Assembly (NCBI GenBank): GCA_041641305.1
Contig: JBEPYN010000001.1
Location: 256,001-320,000, forward strand
Reading direction: 5' to 3'
Length of the DNA stretch: 64,000 nt
Source: Nitrososphaerota archaeon
GTDB taxonomy: Archaea; Thermoproteota; Nitrososphaeria_A; Caldarchaeales; Caldarchaeaceae
Shown in pieces: positions 7,930 to 16,702 of the stretch (positions are counted from its first letter, which is position 1; each line of letters opens with the position of its first letter). The position numbers were made by a program, and so were the translations under genes. The notes below the pieces were generated by a model that saw only the letters and a list, made by a program, of their open reading frames with translations, had not been told where the DNA came from and searched no databases.

Positions 7930-8324
7930 AGCACTGGCCTGAATTTTACGCCATAGATTATTAGCTTCGACTCGCCGTCTACACGGATTTTTCTCACGAC
8001 CGTTTCGACATCCATTCCAACTGTAAGCTCTGATGGTTCGCAGTCTGTCATCTGACCTATTACCTGCGTGCCGTCGGGCATCTCAACCCATGCTACAATG
8101 TATGGAACATTTTTCTCAAGACCTGTCTGAGGTTGATAAACTACGGTGAAATGCTTCAGTTTGCCGTGGTTGGCGAGCCTATCTCTTTCAAGTCTGCGTG
8201 AACCACATTTTCTACATATCTTCCGAGAAAACGGGTTGAAGTGGCCGCACTGTGTGCAACGGTTTCCCTCAAGCCTGTAGAGATAGGGGCGGAGACGCCA
8301 GTATGAGGATGGCCGGGTTGACAT
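7926..8324 (-). CDS. DUF35 Zn-ribbon/OB-fold protein (thiolase-HMGS scaffold)
   Basis: CTQC..CRKC zinc ribbon, PYIVAWVE, GQMTD, YGVKFRP; in an operon with the thiolase-like gene and HMGS. Confidence 0.92.
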   Translation of the reverse strand: MSTRPSSYWRLRPYLYRLEGNRCTQCGHFNPFSRKICRKCGSRRLERDRLANHGKLKHFTVVYQPQTGLEKNVPYIVAWVEMPDGTQVIGQMTDCEPSELTVGMDVETVVRKIRVDGESKLIIYGVKFRPVL

Positions 8325-8325
8325 G

Positions 8326-9483
8326 CTACACCCACTCCTCTACAACGGCAACTGCTGAGAAGGAGCCGAGTCCAGCCATCGAGGACACAAGACCCGCCTT
8401 AGCGCCGTCGACCTGATTTTTTCCAGCGCGTCCAGACAGTTGCAGAAAGCTTTCAACCAAGGCGTAGAGACCCGAGGCCCCTACCGGGTTCCCGCGGCCC
8501 TTCAAACCACCGAATGTGTTGACAGGCACCTCACCCGACAGCGACCACCTGCCTTTACGCGCGAGATGACATGACTCACCGGCCTCTGCCAACCCAATAG
8601 CTTCAAGAGAAAGCGGCGTCAACAAGCTGTAGCTATCATGAACTTCCACGAAGTCAAGATCAGACACCTTTCTCCCCGCCATCTCCAAAGCCCTCTGAGA
8701 AGCCAGAGATAGGCTCCTCAGCCATAGAGGGTCTTCGCGGTCAAACGGAGAGAGATAATCCGTGGCCGCACCAATGCCTGAAACCACAGCCTTGTAGCCG
8801 TCTGTTTTCTGGGCTGTTTCCAGTGACGTGATTACAACAGCGGCTGCTCCGTCCGCCGGAGCAGTTGTCTCCAGCCGCCTAATTGGTTCTGCTACGCTTG
8901 GCGAGTTTACGACTGTGTCGAGGGTGATTTTGAACTGGTATTGAGCGTGCGGCACGGTTTGAGAATGCTCATGGCTGAGGACTGAGAAGTAAGCAACATC
9001 TTCATGCTCCAGCCTGTTGCGTTTCAAATACTCTTTGTAGAGTAGAGCCGCTTCGGCCAGTTGTGTCACTCCAAGTGCAGCAACAGTTTCCGCGGGCTCC
9101 TCCGTCGTGAGCAGTGACACGTAATCCTCGGAAGTGGCCTCAGACATTTTTTCGCCGCCGACAACGAGGACAGATTTGTATAGGCCGGATGAAACAGCTG
9201 CGACGGCGGCTATTGCTGCAGCCAGGCCGGAGGCCCCGCCGGCCTCAACCCTTGAGGCGGCCACACCTCTTATCCCAAGCTCTTCCGCGAGATATGCTCC
9301 GATGTTGGACTGCTCCTGCAGAACCTGCCCAAATGTGTTTGAGACATATACCGCGTCTACTGCGGATATGCCAGCGGAATCGAGTGCTTGTACCGAGGCT
9401 TCCGCCATAAGCTCTGTCAAGCCTTTGTCCCAGTGCTCCTCAACCTTCGTCAACCCAGCGCCTACCAACGCAGCCCGCAACAC
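8326..9483 (-). CDS. Archaeal thiolase-family protein (catalytic Cys/His apparently absent)
   Basis: VLVVGGEKM, DGAAAVV, EVHD, PVNTFGGLK.RG.PVGASG; VEAGGASG replaces VEAACASG. Confidence 0.85.
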   Translation of the reverse strand: MLRAALVGAGLTKVEEHWDKGLTELMAEASVQALDSAGISAVDAVYVSNTFGQVLQEQSNIGAYLAEELGIRGVAASRVEAGGASGLAAAIAAVAAVSSGLYKSVLVVGGEKMSEATSEDYVSLLTTEEPAETVAALGVTQLAEAALLYKEYLKRNRLEHEDVAYFSVLSHEHSQTVPHAQYQFKITLDTVVNSPSVAEPIRRLETTAPADGAAAVVITSLETAQKTDGYKAVVSGIGAATDYLSPFDREDPLWLRSLSLASQRALEMAGRKVSDLDFVEVHDSYSLLTPLSLEAIGLAEAGESCHLARKGRWSLSGEVPVNTFGGLKGRGNPVGASGLYALVESFLQLSGRAGKNQVDGAKAGLVSSMAGLGSFSAVAVVEEWV

Positions 9484-9484
9484 G

Positions 9485-10531
9485 CTACACCCTTATCTTC
9501 TCCCTGAATTTGAGGTAGGTCGAGTAATCGATCGGCTTTCTGCGGCTGAGCAGTTGGCTGAAGCTCGGGCCCCTGCCGCGTTTCTCCTCCACGCCGTCGC
9601 AGACAGTTAACACGAAAGAGTCGCTTCCAGCTCCCGAGCCATAAGAGGTCATCAGTATACGCTGACCCGGCTTAGCTATGTCTAAGACCTTTGCAAGACC
9701 AATCATCGAGCAGGCGGCATAAGTGTTTCCGACCACGTCAGCCACTATGCCGGGCTTCACCTTCTCAACGGGAATGGAAAGTATCTTTGAGACCGCGAGA
9801 GGGAATTTTACGTTAGGCTGGTGGAAAACAAAGTAGTCTATGTCGGTGACGGTGAACCCGTTTTCCTCGAGCACGGTCTTGACAGCAGAAAGGGTGTGGT
9901 GGAAGTAGGCTGGTTCCCCTGTGAAGCGGGACCCATGCATCGGATACCGTTCATAGCTTCTTCTCCAGAAGTCAGGAGTGTCGGACACGTATGATGTCGA
10001 GTATTCGAATTTCGCTACACAGTCTGAGCCGTTTCGTCCTATGAGGAAGGCCGCGGCCCCGCTTGCCGCGGTGTATTCGAGGGCATCCCCAGGCCTCCCC
10101 TGAGCTGTGTCAGCTCCTATTGCAAGCCCAAACTCAATCCTCCCTGTCTCGACGAGAGCTGTAACCATCTGCATAGCCTCTGTCCCCGCTTTGCAGGCGA
10201 ACTCGAAATCAGCGGTGGTCACGTGGCGGGATACACCGAGGATTTCGGCGACCAACGTGCCAGAGGGTTTGACCGCATATGGCTTTGACTCTGTTCCCAC
10301 ATGAACCGCCTGAACCCTTGAAGGCTCCACATCAGCCCTAGCCAGAGCCATTCGAGCGGCCTCGGCGGCCATTGTTATAGTGTCTTCATCCAAACCCGCC
10401 ACTGCCTTCTCTTTGACAGGCAGGTCGGCGGAGGATTTCCCCCAGACCCTTGCTATCTCCTCACCAGCAATCCTATACCTGGGGAGATAGCAACCATAAC
10501 CATGAATAGCCGCGTCCCTTATCTTCGGCAT
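9485..10531 (-). CDS. Hydroxymethylglutaryl-CoA synthase (archaeal)
   Basis: GTESKPYAVKP, EFACKAGT, FHQPN.KFP, GNTY, SYGSGAGSD. Confidence 0.95.
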   Translation of the reverse strand: MPKIRDAAIHGYGCYLPRYRIAGEEIARVWGKSSADLPVKEKAVAGLDEDTITMAAEAARMALARADVEPSRVQAVHVGTESKPYAVKPSGTLVAEILGVSRHVTTADFEFACKAGTEAMQMVTALVETGRIEFGLAIGADTAQGRPGDALEYTAASGAAAFLIGRNGSDCVAKFEYSTSYVSDTPDFWRRSYERYPMHGSRFTGEPAYFHHTLSAVKTVLEENGFTVTDIDYFVFHQPNVKFPLAVSKILSIPVEKVKPGIVADVVGNTYAACSMIGLAKVLDIAKPGQRILMTSYGSGAGSDSFVLTVCDGVEEKRGRGPSFSQLLSRRKPIDYSTYLKFREKIRV

Positions 10532-10642
10532 GGAGAATGGATTTGTCCTGTCCTATTAAAAGGCTTTTGTAGATAAAGATTTCGACAACCAGCGAACAAC
10601 GGCAAAAATATTACAAGGTCTTGCCAATAATCATCCGTCATT

Positions 10643-11092
10643 ATGACAATGGAACTCGATGAAAAGGATTTGAGAATTCTTCAAGAGCTTGTGGAGGATG
10701 CTGAGCAGGCGGTTTCAGCCATAGCGGCTAAGGTTAAGATGCCTCGCACAACTGTTCAGGAGAGGATTAAGCGGCTTAAGCAGCTGGGCGTGATAAAGAA
10801 GTTCACGGTTCAGCTTGATCATTCTAAGCTGGGCAAACCCGCCACAGCATTTGTCCTCGTCTCCTTCCAGCAGGGAACAACTTCGCAGAAGAAACTGGCC
10901 GAGGAAATAGCGAAGCTTCCCGAGGTCGTTGAGGCACATGTCATAACCGGTGAATGGGACATAATCGTGAAAGTAAGGTCCGAGTCTATGCAGTCCATCG
11001 GCGCTCTCGTTGTCGACAAAATCAGGAACATGCCAGGCGTCGGAAAAACTATTACATGTGTTTCGCTCGCAGCCGTCAAAGAAAGCGTCTAA
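10643..11092 (+). CDS. Lrp/AsnC family transcriptional regulator
   Basis: LDEKDLRILQEL N-terminal HTH; RAM domain ITGEWDIIVKV. Confidence 0.92.
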   Translation: MTMELDEKDLRILQELVEDAEQAVSAIAAKVKMPRTTVQERIKRLKQLGVIKKFTVQLDHSKLGKPATAFVLVSFQQGTTSQKKLAEEIAKLPEVVEAHVITGEWDIIVKVRSESMQSIGALVVDKIRNMPGVGKTITCVSLAAVKESV

Positions 11093-11093
11093 C

Positions 11094-11894
11094 ATGGGGG
11101 TGAAGAAAACGCTGGAAAACGTGAAGGGCCTCGTCCTCGACATGGACGGAACAATCTACATCGGCTCTAAGCCACTGCCCGGCGCGCCGGAGGCCGTCAA
11201 CAAACTCCGAAAAAAGCTAAGGCTGGTATTCATGACAAACAACTCCACTATGACGAGGGTCCAATACCTTGAGAAGCTACACCGTATGGGCATTCACGCC
11301 TCTGTCTCAGAGATTTTGACATCGGGTTACCTTGCAGCAAGATATGTGGCCGCGGAGCATCCCGGGGCCCGTGTACTCGTCGTGGGAGAGGAAGGAATAT
11401 CAGCCGAGGCCAGGCAACTGGGTCTGCGGATAATTGAACACAGCGAGTGGAAGTCCGCCGATTACGTCGTAACAGGCCTTGATAGACATTTCACCTACCA
11501 GAAAGCAGCGGACGCAGCTCGCGCCATCAGAAACGGTGCAAAATTCATAGCAACAAACCTTGACAACATCTATCCGACTGAGCAGGGGTTTATGCCGGGC
11601 GCCGGCTCAATCGTCGCCATGCTTTCAGCTGCCACGGGCGTGAAGCCATTATCGGTGGGAAAACCGTCGATTACTTCCTCCCAAATGGCTCTTGAGACCT
11701 CGGGTCTCCAAGCCTCGGAGGTGATTTTTGTCGGCGACCGTGTGGACACAGATGTTGCAGCAGCAAGGATGGTTGGGGCCCGTTGCATACTCGTGAAAAC
11801 CGGTGCCTTCGAGCTTTTCAGAGACAAGACATCCGACGCCGACATGGTTATAGAAAGTTTAGCCGAGCTGCCGAGCCTCCTATCCATAGAGTAA
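11094..11894 (+). CDS. HAD-IIA family hydrolase (NagD-like)
   Basis: DMDGT, TNNS, ATNLD, GKPS, VGDRVDTD; start moved to ATG 11094. Confidence 0.9.
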   Translation: MGVKKTLENVKGLVLDMDGTIYIGSKPLPGAPEAVNKLRKKLRLVFMTNNSTMTRVQYLEKLHRMGIHASVSEILTSGYLAARYVAAEHPGARVLVVGEEGISAEARQLGLRIIEHSEWKSADYVVTGLDRHFTYQKAADAARAIRNGAKFIATNLDNIYPTEQGFMPGAGSIVAMLSAATGVKPLSVGKPSITSSQMALETSGLQASEVIFVGDRVDTDVAAARMVGARCILVKTGAFELFRDKTSDADMVIESLAELPSLLSIE

Positions 11895-11929
11895 ATGTTT
11901 TATTCACCAGAAAGCCGTATTATGATAGG

Positions 11930-12313
11930 TTGCTAGAGGTAAAGGTTTCAGAAATAATGTCCCGTCGAGTCGTGACAGCAAACGCCGATGAGAAGCTATC
12001 CGATATTGCGGAGAAGATGATTCAGTCAAAGGTTAGCAGCGTCGTAATTGTTTCGGATGGAAAAGTCGCAGGCATAGTTACGGAGAAAGATTTCGTGAAG
12101 TTCTTTGCGTTACGTGTGGATTATGACTCTAAAGTCAGCGACTACATGACGCGTAATGTCATCGTTGTTAGGGAGTATGCCTCCTTGAACGAGGCTAAGA
12201 ACATTATGATCTCCAACAATATTAGGCACCTGCCAGTCGTCGACCGCGGCAACAACTTGGTGGGCATGATAACAATCAGAGATATTGTGGAATCCGTGGA
12301 GACGCTGGTTTAG
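11930..12313 (+). CDS. CBS-domain pair protein
   Basis: Two CBS repeats (VSEIMS..GIVTEKD; VSDYMT..IRHLPVV..GMITIRD); likely TTG start. Confidence 0.88.
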   Translation: MLEVKVSEIMSRRVVTANADEKLSDIAEKMIQSKVSSVVIVSDGKVAGIVTEKDFVKFFALRVDYDSKVSDYMTRNVIVVREYASLNEAKNIMISNNIRHLPVVDRGNNLVGMITIRDIVESVETLV

Positions 12314-12371
12314 CGGCTCAGATACCCCAGAGACTATCACGTGTTCAAGTGTCTCTGTTCATCATCGCCGC
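12313..12371 (-). ncRNA. Putative box C/D guide sRNA
   Basis: GCGGC G ATGATGA(C) ACAGAGACAC TTGA(D') ACAC GTGATAG(C') TCTCTGGGGTAT CTGA(D) GCCGC, with a 5-bp terminal stem. Confidence 0.7.
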
Positions 12372-12397
12372 CTATCCCAGCAATGGGGCTGGAGCTG

Positions 12398-14866
12398 TTA
12401 AACCTTGCCCTCAACCCTGTAAAGCCTCTCAGCTAGCCGCCTGTTTTCCTCACGTATCTTCTCAAGCTCCTCCCGCAGCGACTTGTATTCAACACCTTTC
12501 TCGAGATGGTCTCTGATCTTCTTGGCAACCTCCCTTGCGCTCCTCCGCACCCTTTCATTCAAATCCTTCTCAGCCATTTTGTCAAGCATCGGCAGAAGCC
12601 TCGGGTCCATCATCTCCCGAGCCGCGGCGACAACCGCATGGCGAACCCGTTCGTTACTGTCCTCTGACAACCTCTCGAGCAAAGTGTATGTTTCGCGTTT
12701 CTCCGGGAACTTTGCGAGAGCGACGGCTGCCGACACGCGTACGGGTGTCGGGTAGCTTTTCTCAACTCTCTTCACCACATGTTCATAGGCTTTTTCGAGA
12801 CCTGTTTCAGCCAATCCCTGAACTGCGCCAGACGAGATAACATGGGCGTGAGAGGGGTAGTCAAGGGCCTTGACAAGGACAGGGACCGCTTCCTCCAGTT
12901 TCAACCTTCCAAGCGAGATCGCGGCAGCCTGCCGAACATAATATGACTCGCCCGTGTCTTCAACCACCTTTGCCAACATCTTCATCACTTCGGTGTCTTT
13001 TTCGAAGGAGCCTAGGGCCTCGACTATTCCACGCCTGATTTTGGGATGCGTTACTTTGTCGAGTACCTGAAGTAGAGCGGCCTTCGCTTCCTCGGACTTT
13101 ATTTCGCCGAGGGCCTTCGCGGCGCTGTAAGACACTCCCCAGAACGGGTCACCCAAGACAAGCCTCTCCAGCACCTCTACGACTCTACGGCCGCCATGTT
13201 TAACCAGCGAGTCAATCATCTCTATTCTGCAGACAACGCTTCCACATTTCTCAACCATGGCGAGGGCCTCTTCGAGGGGTCTCTCGACGTCGAGGACTCG
13301 GAGAATCTTTAGCTCTGGATCGACGCAGACATGTTTCGGCTTATTTTTCATAGGTATGTAAAGCGTTGTTTCACGCTCTTCGAGAGATATCTTTCTCTCT
13401 ACCCTCTCTTCATCGACATGGATTACTACATCCAGAGTCAGTCCATAGGTTTCAGGTGAATCATCTCCCTGAACCTGCTTAAAACCAATTTTGAATAGGC
13501 TGGTTTCCGGGTCCCATCGGTAGCTAATTTTGACTACTGGATGCCCGGCAGAGTAGACGAGCTGTTCAAACACCTTCTCCAGCATCATTCCCGATGATTC
13601 TTCGAGGGCTTTCCTCAAATCCTCTGTGTCGGCGTTAGAGTATTGGTGGCGGGTGAGAAACAGGTTCAGGGCTTTGCGGAAGCTTTCCTCGCCCACGATG
13701 TTTTTGATTGTGTGTAGTATGAGGCCGCCTTTTGGATAGGCGTGTCTGTCGAAAAGCTCCTCTGGATATTTGTAGACCCGGTAGACTACGGGACGTGAGT
13801 ATCGGCGTTTGTATTCGTCGAGGTAGGATTGGAGGTCGTTGTAGAGCTCGTAGAGGAATTCGTCGTGTCCTTTGTCGTGCTGTAGGTAGAGGTTTTCGAG
13901 ATATGTTGCGAATGATTCGTTGAGCCAGATGTGTGACCAGTCTCGGCAGGTTACGAGGTCTCCGAACCACTGGTGTGCGGCCTCGTGGGCTACGAGAGGG
14001 TCGCTGCTGAAATCCATGTGAGCGTGGTCGTCGTGTAGGGTGAGGTCTGTCAAGGTTGTGGCTGTTGTGTTCTCCATGCCTCCGACAACGAACTCGGGAA
14101 CACAGACCTGTCGATACACCTTAAATGGATAGGGATAATTTAGATAGCTGCTGAAAAACTTGATGATGTCCGCTGTTTTGCTGAAGGAGTTTTTAACCAG
14201 TTTTCCAAGGGTTTTCGGCACATAGTATTCAAGACGTATGCCGTCGACAGCTTCTTCTTCCTTGTCGAAGACTCCTGCTACGAAGCTAATGAGGTAGGCT
14301 GGGTGAGGCTTGTCCATGAGCCAGTGGAAGGTGGATGTGCCGTCTCCGTTGTCCCTCCTGTTCAAAAGCTCACCGTTGGAGACGACTTCAAGCGGCTGCG
14401 GAACCGTAACCAAAAGCCCTGTCGAGAACTTCATGTTGGGATAATCGTACACCGGCATCCAGTTTCTGTGGTACTCGGGCTCGCCGTGGCTCCAGACGAA
14501 AGGAAAACCATAACCTTTCTCCTTCTCCACGAAATGGACACCAGTCCGCGGCCAAGCCCGGTACCTGATCCCGACAGTTTTTTCACCCGGTTCCTCGAAA
14601 CGCAGAGTCAAGACCTTGCCGTCATAGTCGCTTGTTTTCACTCCGGAAACTTCAAGAATCTGGAGATCGACGCCGTCAAGCTCAACTACAGGGCTGTTCG
14701 TCTTTAACCTGAGCTCCGCGTAGCCGTCCACCCTTCTATCCTCCACGTCGACTTTAATGTCTAGACGGTAATGTGTTATCTTGAAGCTGGGTTGACGAGG
14801 ATATCTTGGCCTGTAATCTGGGAAAGCGAAGTCTCTTCCAGCCTTGAGATATGGCTGTGTCGCCAT
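12398..14866 (-). CDS. pepN: M1 family zinc aminopeptidase with HEAT repeats and C-terminal coiled coil
   Basis: GGMEN, HEAAHQWFG...WLNES, Y.KG; HEAT-like repeats in the C-terminal third. Confidence 0.92.
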   Translation of the reverse strand: MATQPYLKAGRDFAFPDYRPRYPRQPSFKITHYRLDIKVDVEDRRVDGYAELRLKTNSPVVELDGVDLQILEVSGVKTSDYDGKVLTLRFEEPGEKTVGIRYRAWPRTGVHFVEKEKGYGFPFVWSHGEPEYHRNWMPVYDYPNMKFSTGLLVTVPQPLEVVSNGELLNRRDNGDGTSTFHWLMDKPHPAYLISFVAGVFDKEEEAVDGIRLEYYVPKTLGKLVKNSFSKTADIIKFFSSYLNYPYPFKVYRQVCVPEFVVGGMENTTATTLTDLTLHDDHAHMDFSSDPLVAHEAAHQWFGDLVTCRDWSHIWLNESFATYLENLYLQHDKGHDEFLYELYNDLQSYLDEYKRRYSRPVVYRVYKYPEELFDRHAYPKGGLILHTIKNIVGEESFRKALNLFLTRHQYSNADTEDLRKALEESSGMMLEKVFEQLVYSAGHPVVKISYRWDPETSLFKIGFKQVQGDDSPETYGLTLDVVIHVDEERVERKISLEERETTLYIPMKNKPKHVCVDPELKILRVLDVERPLEEALAMVEKCGSVVCRIEMIDSLVKHGGRRVVEVLERLVLGDPFWGVSYSAAKALGEIKSEEAKAALLQVLDKVTHPKIRRGIVEALGSFEKDTEVMKMLAKVVEDTGESYYVRQAAAISLGRLKLEEAVPVLVKALDYPSHAHVISSGAVQGLAETGLEKAYEHVVKRVEKSYPTPVRVSAAVALAKFPEKRETYTLLERLSEDSNERVRHAVVAAAREMMDPRLLPMLDKMAEKDLNERVRRSAREVAKKIRDHLEKGVEYKSLREELEKIREENRRLAERLYRVEGKV

Positions 14867-14925
14867 GGGGAGAATGGCGTGGATTGTTGGTAAAAAATTT
14901 TAGCGACCAAGGACACGCGGGCTAC

Positions 14926-15135
14926 GTGGAGCTTGACAGATTGGTGGAAGCGGTTAGAAGCTATCTTGAGAGGAAGTATGGTGAGGTGGAGGTCGAGGTT
15001 GTCCGAACCTATGATAGGGGAGAGGTGTATGAGGTTGCTGGTGTATTTAGGAGAAAGGGGGAGAGGATGTTTAGGCGGTTTACCTTTTTAATCAACTCCA
15101 AAACATATTCTGTTGAGGCGTTTGGTCTCAGGTAA
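14926..15135 (+). CDS. Small hypothetical protein (helix plus three strands, PepSY-like pattern)
   Basis: About 69 aa from GTG 14926; ORF is open from 14851. Confidence 0.55.
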   Translation: MELDRLVEAVRSYLERKYGEVEVEVVRTYDRGEVYEVAGVFRRKGERMFRRFTFLINSKTYSVEAFGLR

Positions 15136-15415
15136 CGAGGATTTCGAGGCTGCGTTGATGGACAAGGTGGAGAAGCTCTATTCACTCGTAAACAGGATAC
15201 GGTTTTACCGCGACCTCAAAATGGACAGCGAGGTATCATCCCTCGCATCGGAGATGGAAAAGCTACGAAGCTCTCTCATGCTTTCAGAGGATGAGGTGGA
15301 GAAGCTTGCTGACGAGCTTGACGAATACTATATCTCAGGGGCCTCCCCCCATGGTGATACTGACCCGCTAACCTATTGGACACTCTACGTCAAGGACAAA
15401 CTCTCTAAAAAGTGA
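15113..15415 (+). CDS. Hypothetical helical protein
   Basis: 100-aa ORF overlapping the previous gene; protein-like composition; start uncertain. Confidence 0.65.
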   Translation: MRRLVSGNEDFEAALMDKVEKLYSLVNRIRFYRDLKMDSEVSSLASEMEKLRSSLMLSEDEVEKLADELDEYYISGASPHGDTDPLTYWTLYVKDKLSKK

Positions 15416-16529
15416 CACGAAGTATTCTATCGTCGGCTGCGGTGGGAGAGCCTCTTCCGTCTCGGTTGCTTGTCAGAATGTAGAGGTTGCCGTCGGGTCC
15501 TTCAACGACGTCCCGTAGCCTACCGAACTCGCCGTCGAAGAGCTTCTCGGATAAAATTACTCTGTATCCGTCTTCGTCGAAGACGAGCCTATGTAAATGC
15601 CTGCCACGCAGGGCCGCGAAGAAAAACGAGTTGCGATATTCCTGATTCCCACGGCCTGTGTAGAAGCAGCATCCCGAGGGCGCCCATGTCTCTAACCCGC
15701 TGTGTATCACTGGTTTGATGAACTTTTCATCTCCAGCGTCGCCGATGACGATGGGCCATCCATAGTTGGCTCCGGTCTCAACCAGGTTTACCTCGTCGTG
15801 GGCTATTCTAAGACCTTCGCCGCTGGGGCCGTGGTCTGTGCAATAGAGCTTCCGAGTATCTGGATGCCATGCGATGCCCTGCGGGTTTCTCAAGCCCAGC
15901 GCGTAAACTGCTGTTTTGAAGGGGTTGTCTTGAGGAATTCCGCCCTCAGGTGTTAGTCGGAGAATTTTTCCGCCCAGTGAACTCGGGTTCTGTGAAAGCT
16001 CGGGCACACCTCCTTCGCCCGTCGTGATGTAGAGCATGTTGTCGGGCCCTATCTTTAATCGTCCACCGTTGTGAACGGTTCCACCAGGAATACCTGAGAT
16101 TATATCAACTGGGTCCTGCAGTCCACCGCTGTATATGGTTTTGATGACTTTGTTGTAGATTTTTCCGTTTTCTCTGTAGCTATGGTAAAGGTATACATGT
16201 GTTTTTCCACCGGTGTATAGTGTCTCTATTCCGAGGAGACCGCCTTCGCCTACCGCCGCCACCTCTAGTCGCCCAATCTCCTCAACCCTGCCTGAACATA
16301 AGGTGAGAAGCTTGACTGCACCGTTTCTCTCGGTTAACAAGGCCTCATCACCTGAGATGAACGCAATAGACCATGGCACAGACAACTGTTTAGCAACGAC
16401 CTCTACGCCTGAAGACGGCTTCTCCCATATTCTGGTGAATAAAGCGGCCAACGCCGCAGCCCCCAAAGCCGCAGCCGAGCCAAGTAGGGTAAGAAAAATC
16501 CGTCTCCTCACAGCCAAACCCATACACAA
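15405..16529 (-). CDS. PQQ-dependent soluble aldose sugar dehydrogenase (Tat-exported)
   Basis: RRRIFL Tat-like signal; GEGGLLG, HNGGRL, GLRNPQG, HGP..DEVN, GRLRDV. Confidence 0.9.
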   Translation of the reverse strand: MCMGLAVRRRIFLTLLGSAAALGAAALAALFTRIWEKPSSGVEVVAKQLSVPWSIAFISGDEALLTERNGAVKLLTLCSGRVEEIGRLEVAAVGEGGLLGIETLYTGGKTHVYLYHSYRENGKIYNKVIKTIYSGGLQDPVDIISGIPGGTVHNGGRLKIGPDNMLYITTGEGGVPELSQNPSSLGGKILRLTPEGGIPQDNPFKTAVYALGLRNPQGIAWHPDTRKLYCTDHGPSGEGLRIAHDEVNLVETGANYGWPIVIGDAGDEKFIKPVIHSGLETWAPSGCCFYTGRGNQEYRNSFFFAALRGRHLHRLVFDEDGYRVILSEKLFDGEFGRLRDVVEGPDGNLYILTSNRDGRGSPTAADDRILRVTF

Positions 16530-16559
16530 TACTGTTGTTAAACCTTATCCAAATTAAAG

Positions 16560-16633
16560 TGGACCGGCTGGGATTTGAACCCAGGACCTCCCGCACGCCA
16601 AGCGGGCGATCTTCCAGACTGATCTACCGGCCC
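16560..16633 (-). tRNA. tRNA-Ala(GGC)
   Basis: GGGCCGG...CCCGC-TTGGCGT-GCGGG...GGTTCAAATCC...CCGGTCC-A; G3:U70 identity pair; no intron; CCA not encoded. Confidence 0.97.
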
Positions 16634-16702
16634 GACGAGTATGTTTCTAAATGTTTCTATAAAGTTTTTTGTTGAAACATTTTTATCCTTTTGATTTGAG
16701 GA

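Noticed and set aside
7926-10531. Functional link between the Ub locus and mevalonate genes (analogy to HMG-CoA reductase ERAD)
   Set aside because: Only adjacency, in convergent orientation; no supporting sequence evidence
16390-16596. 68-aa minus-strand ORF
   Set aside because: Starts inside tRNA-Ala and overlaps the dehydrogenase out of frame
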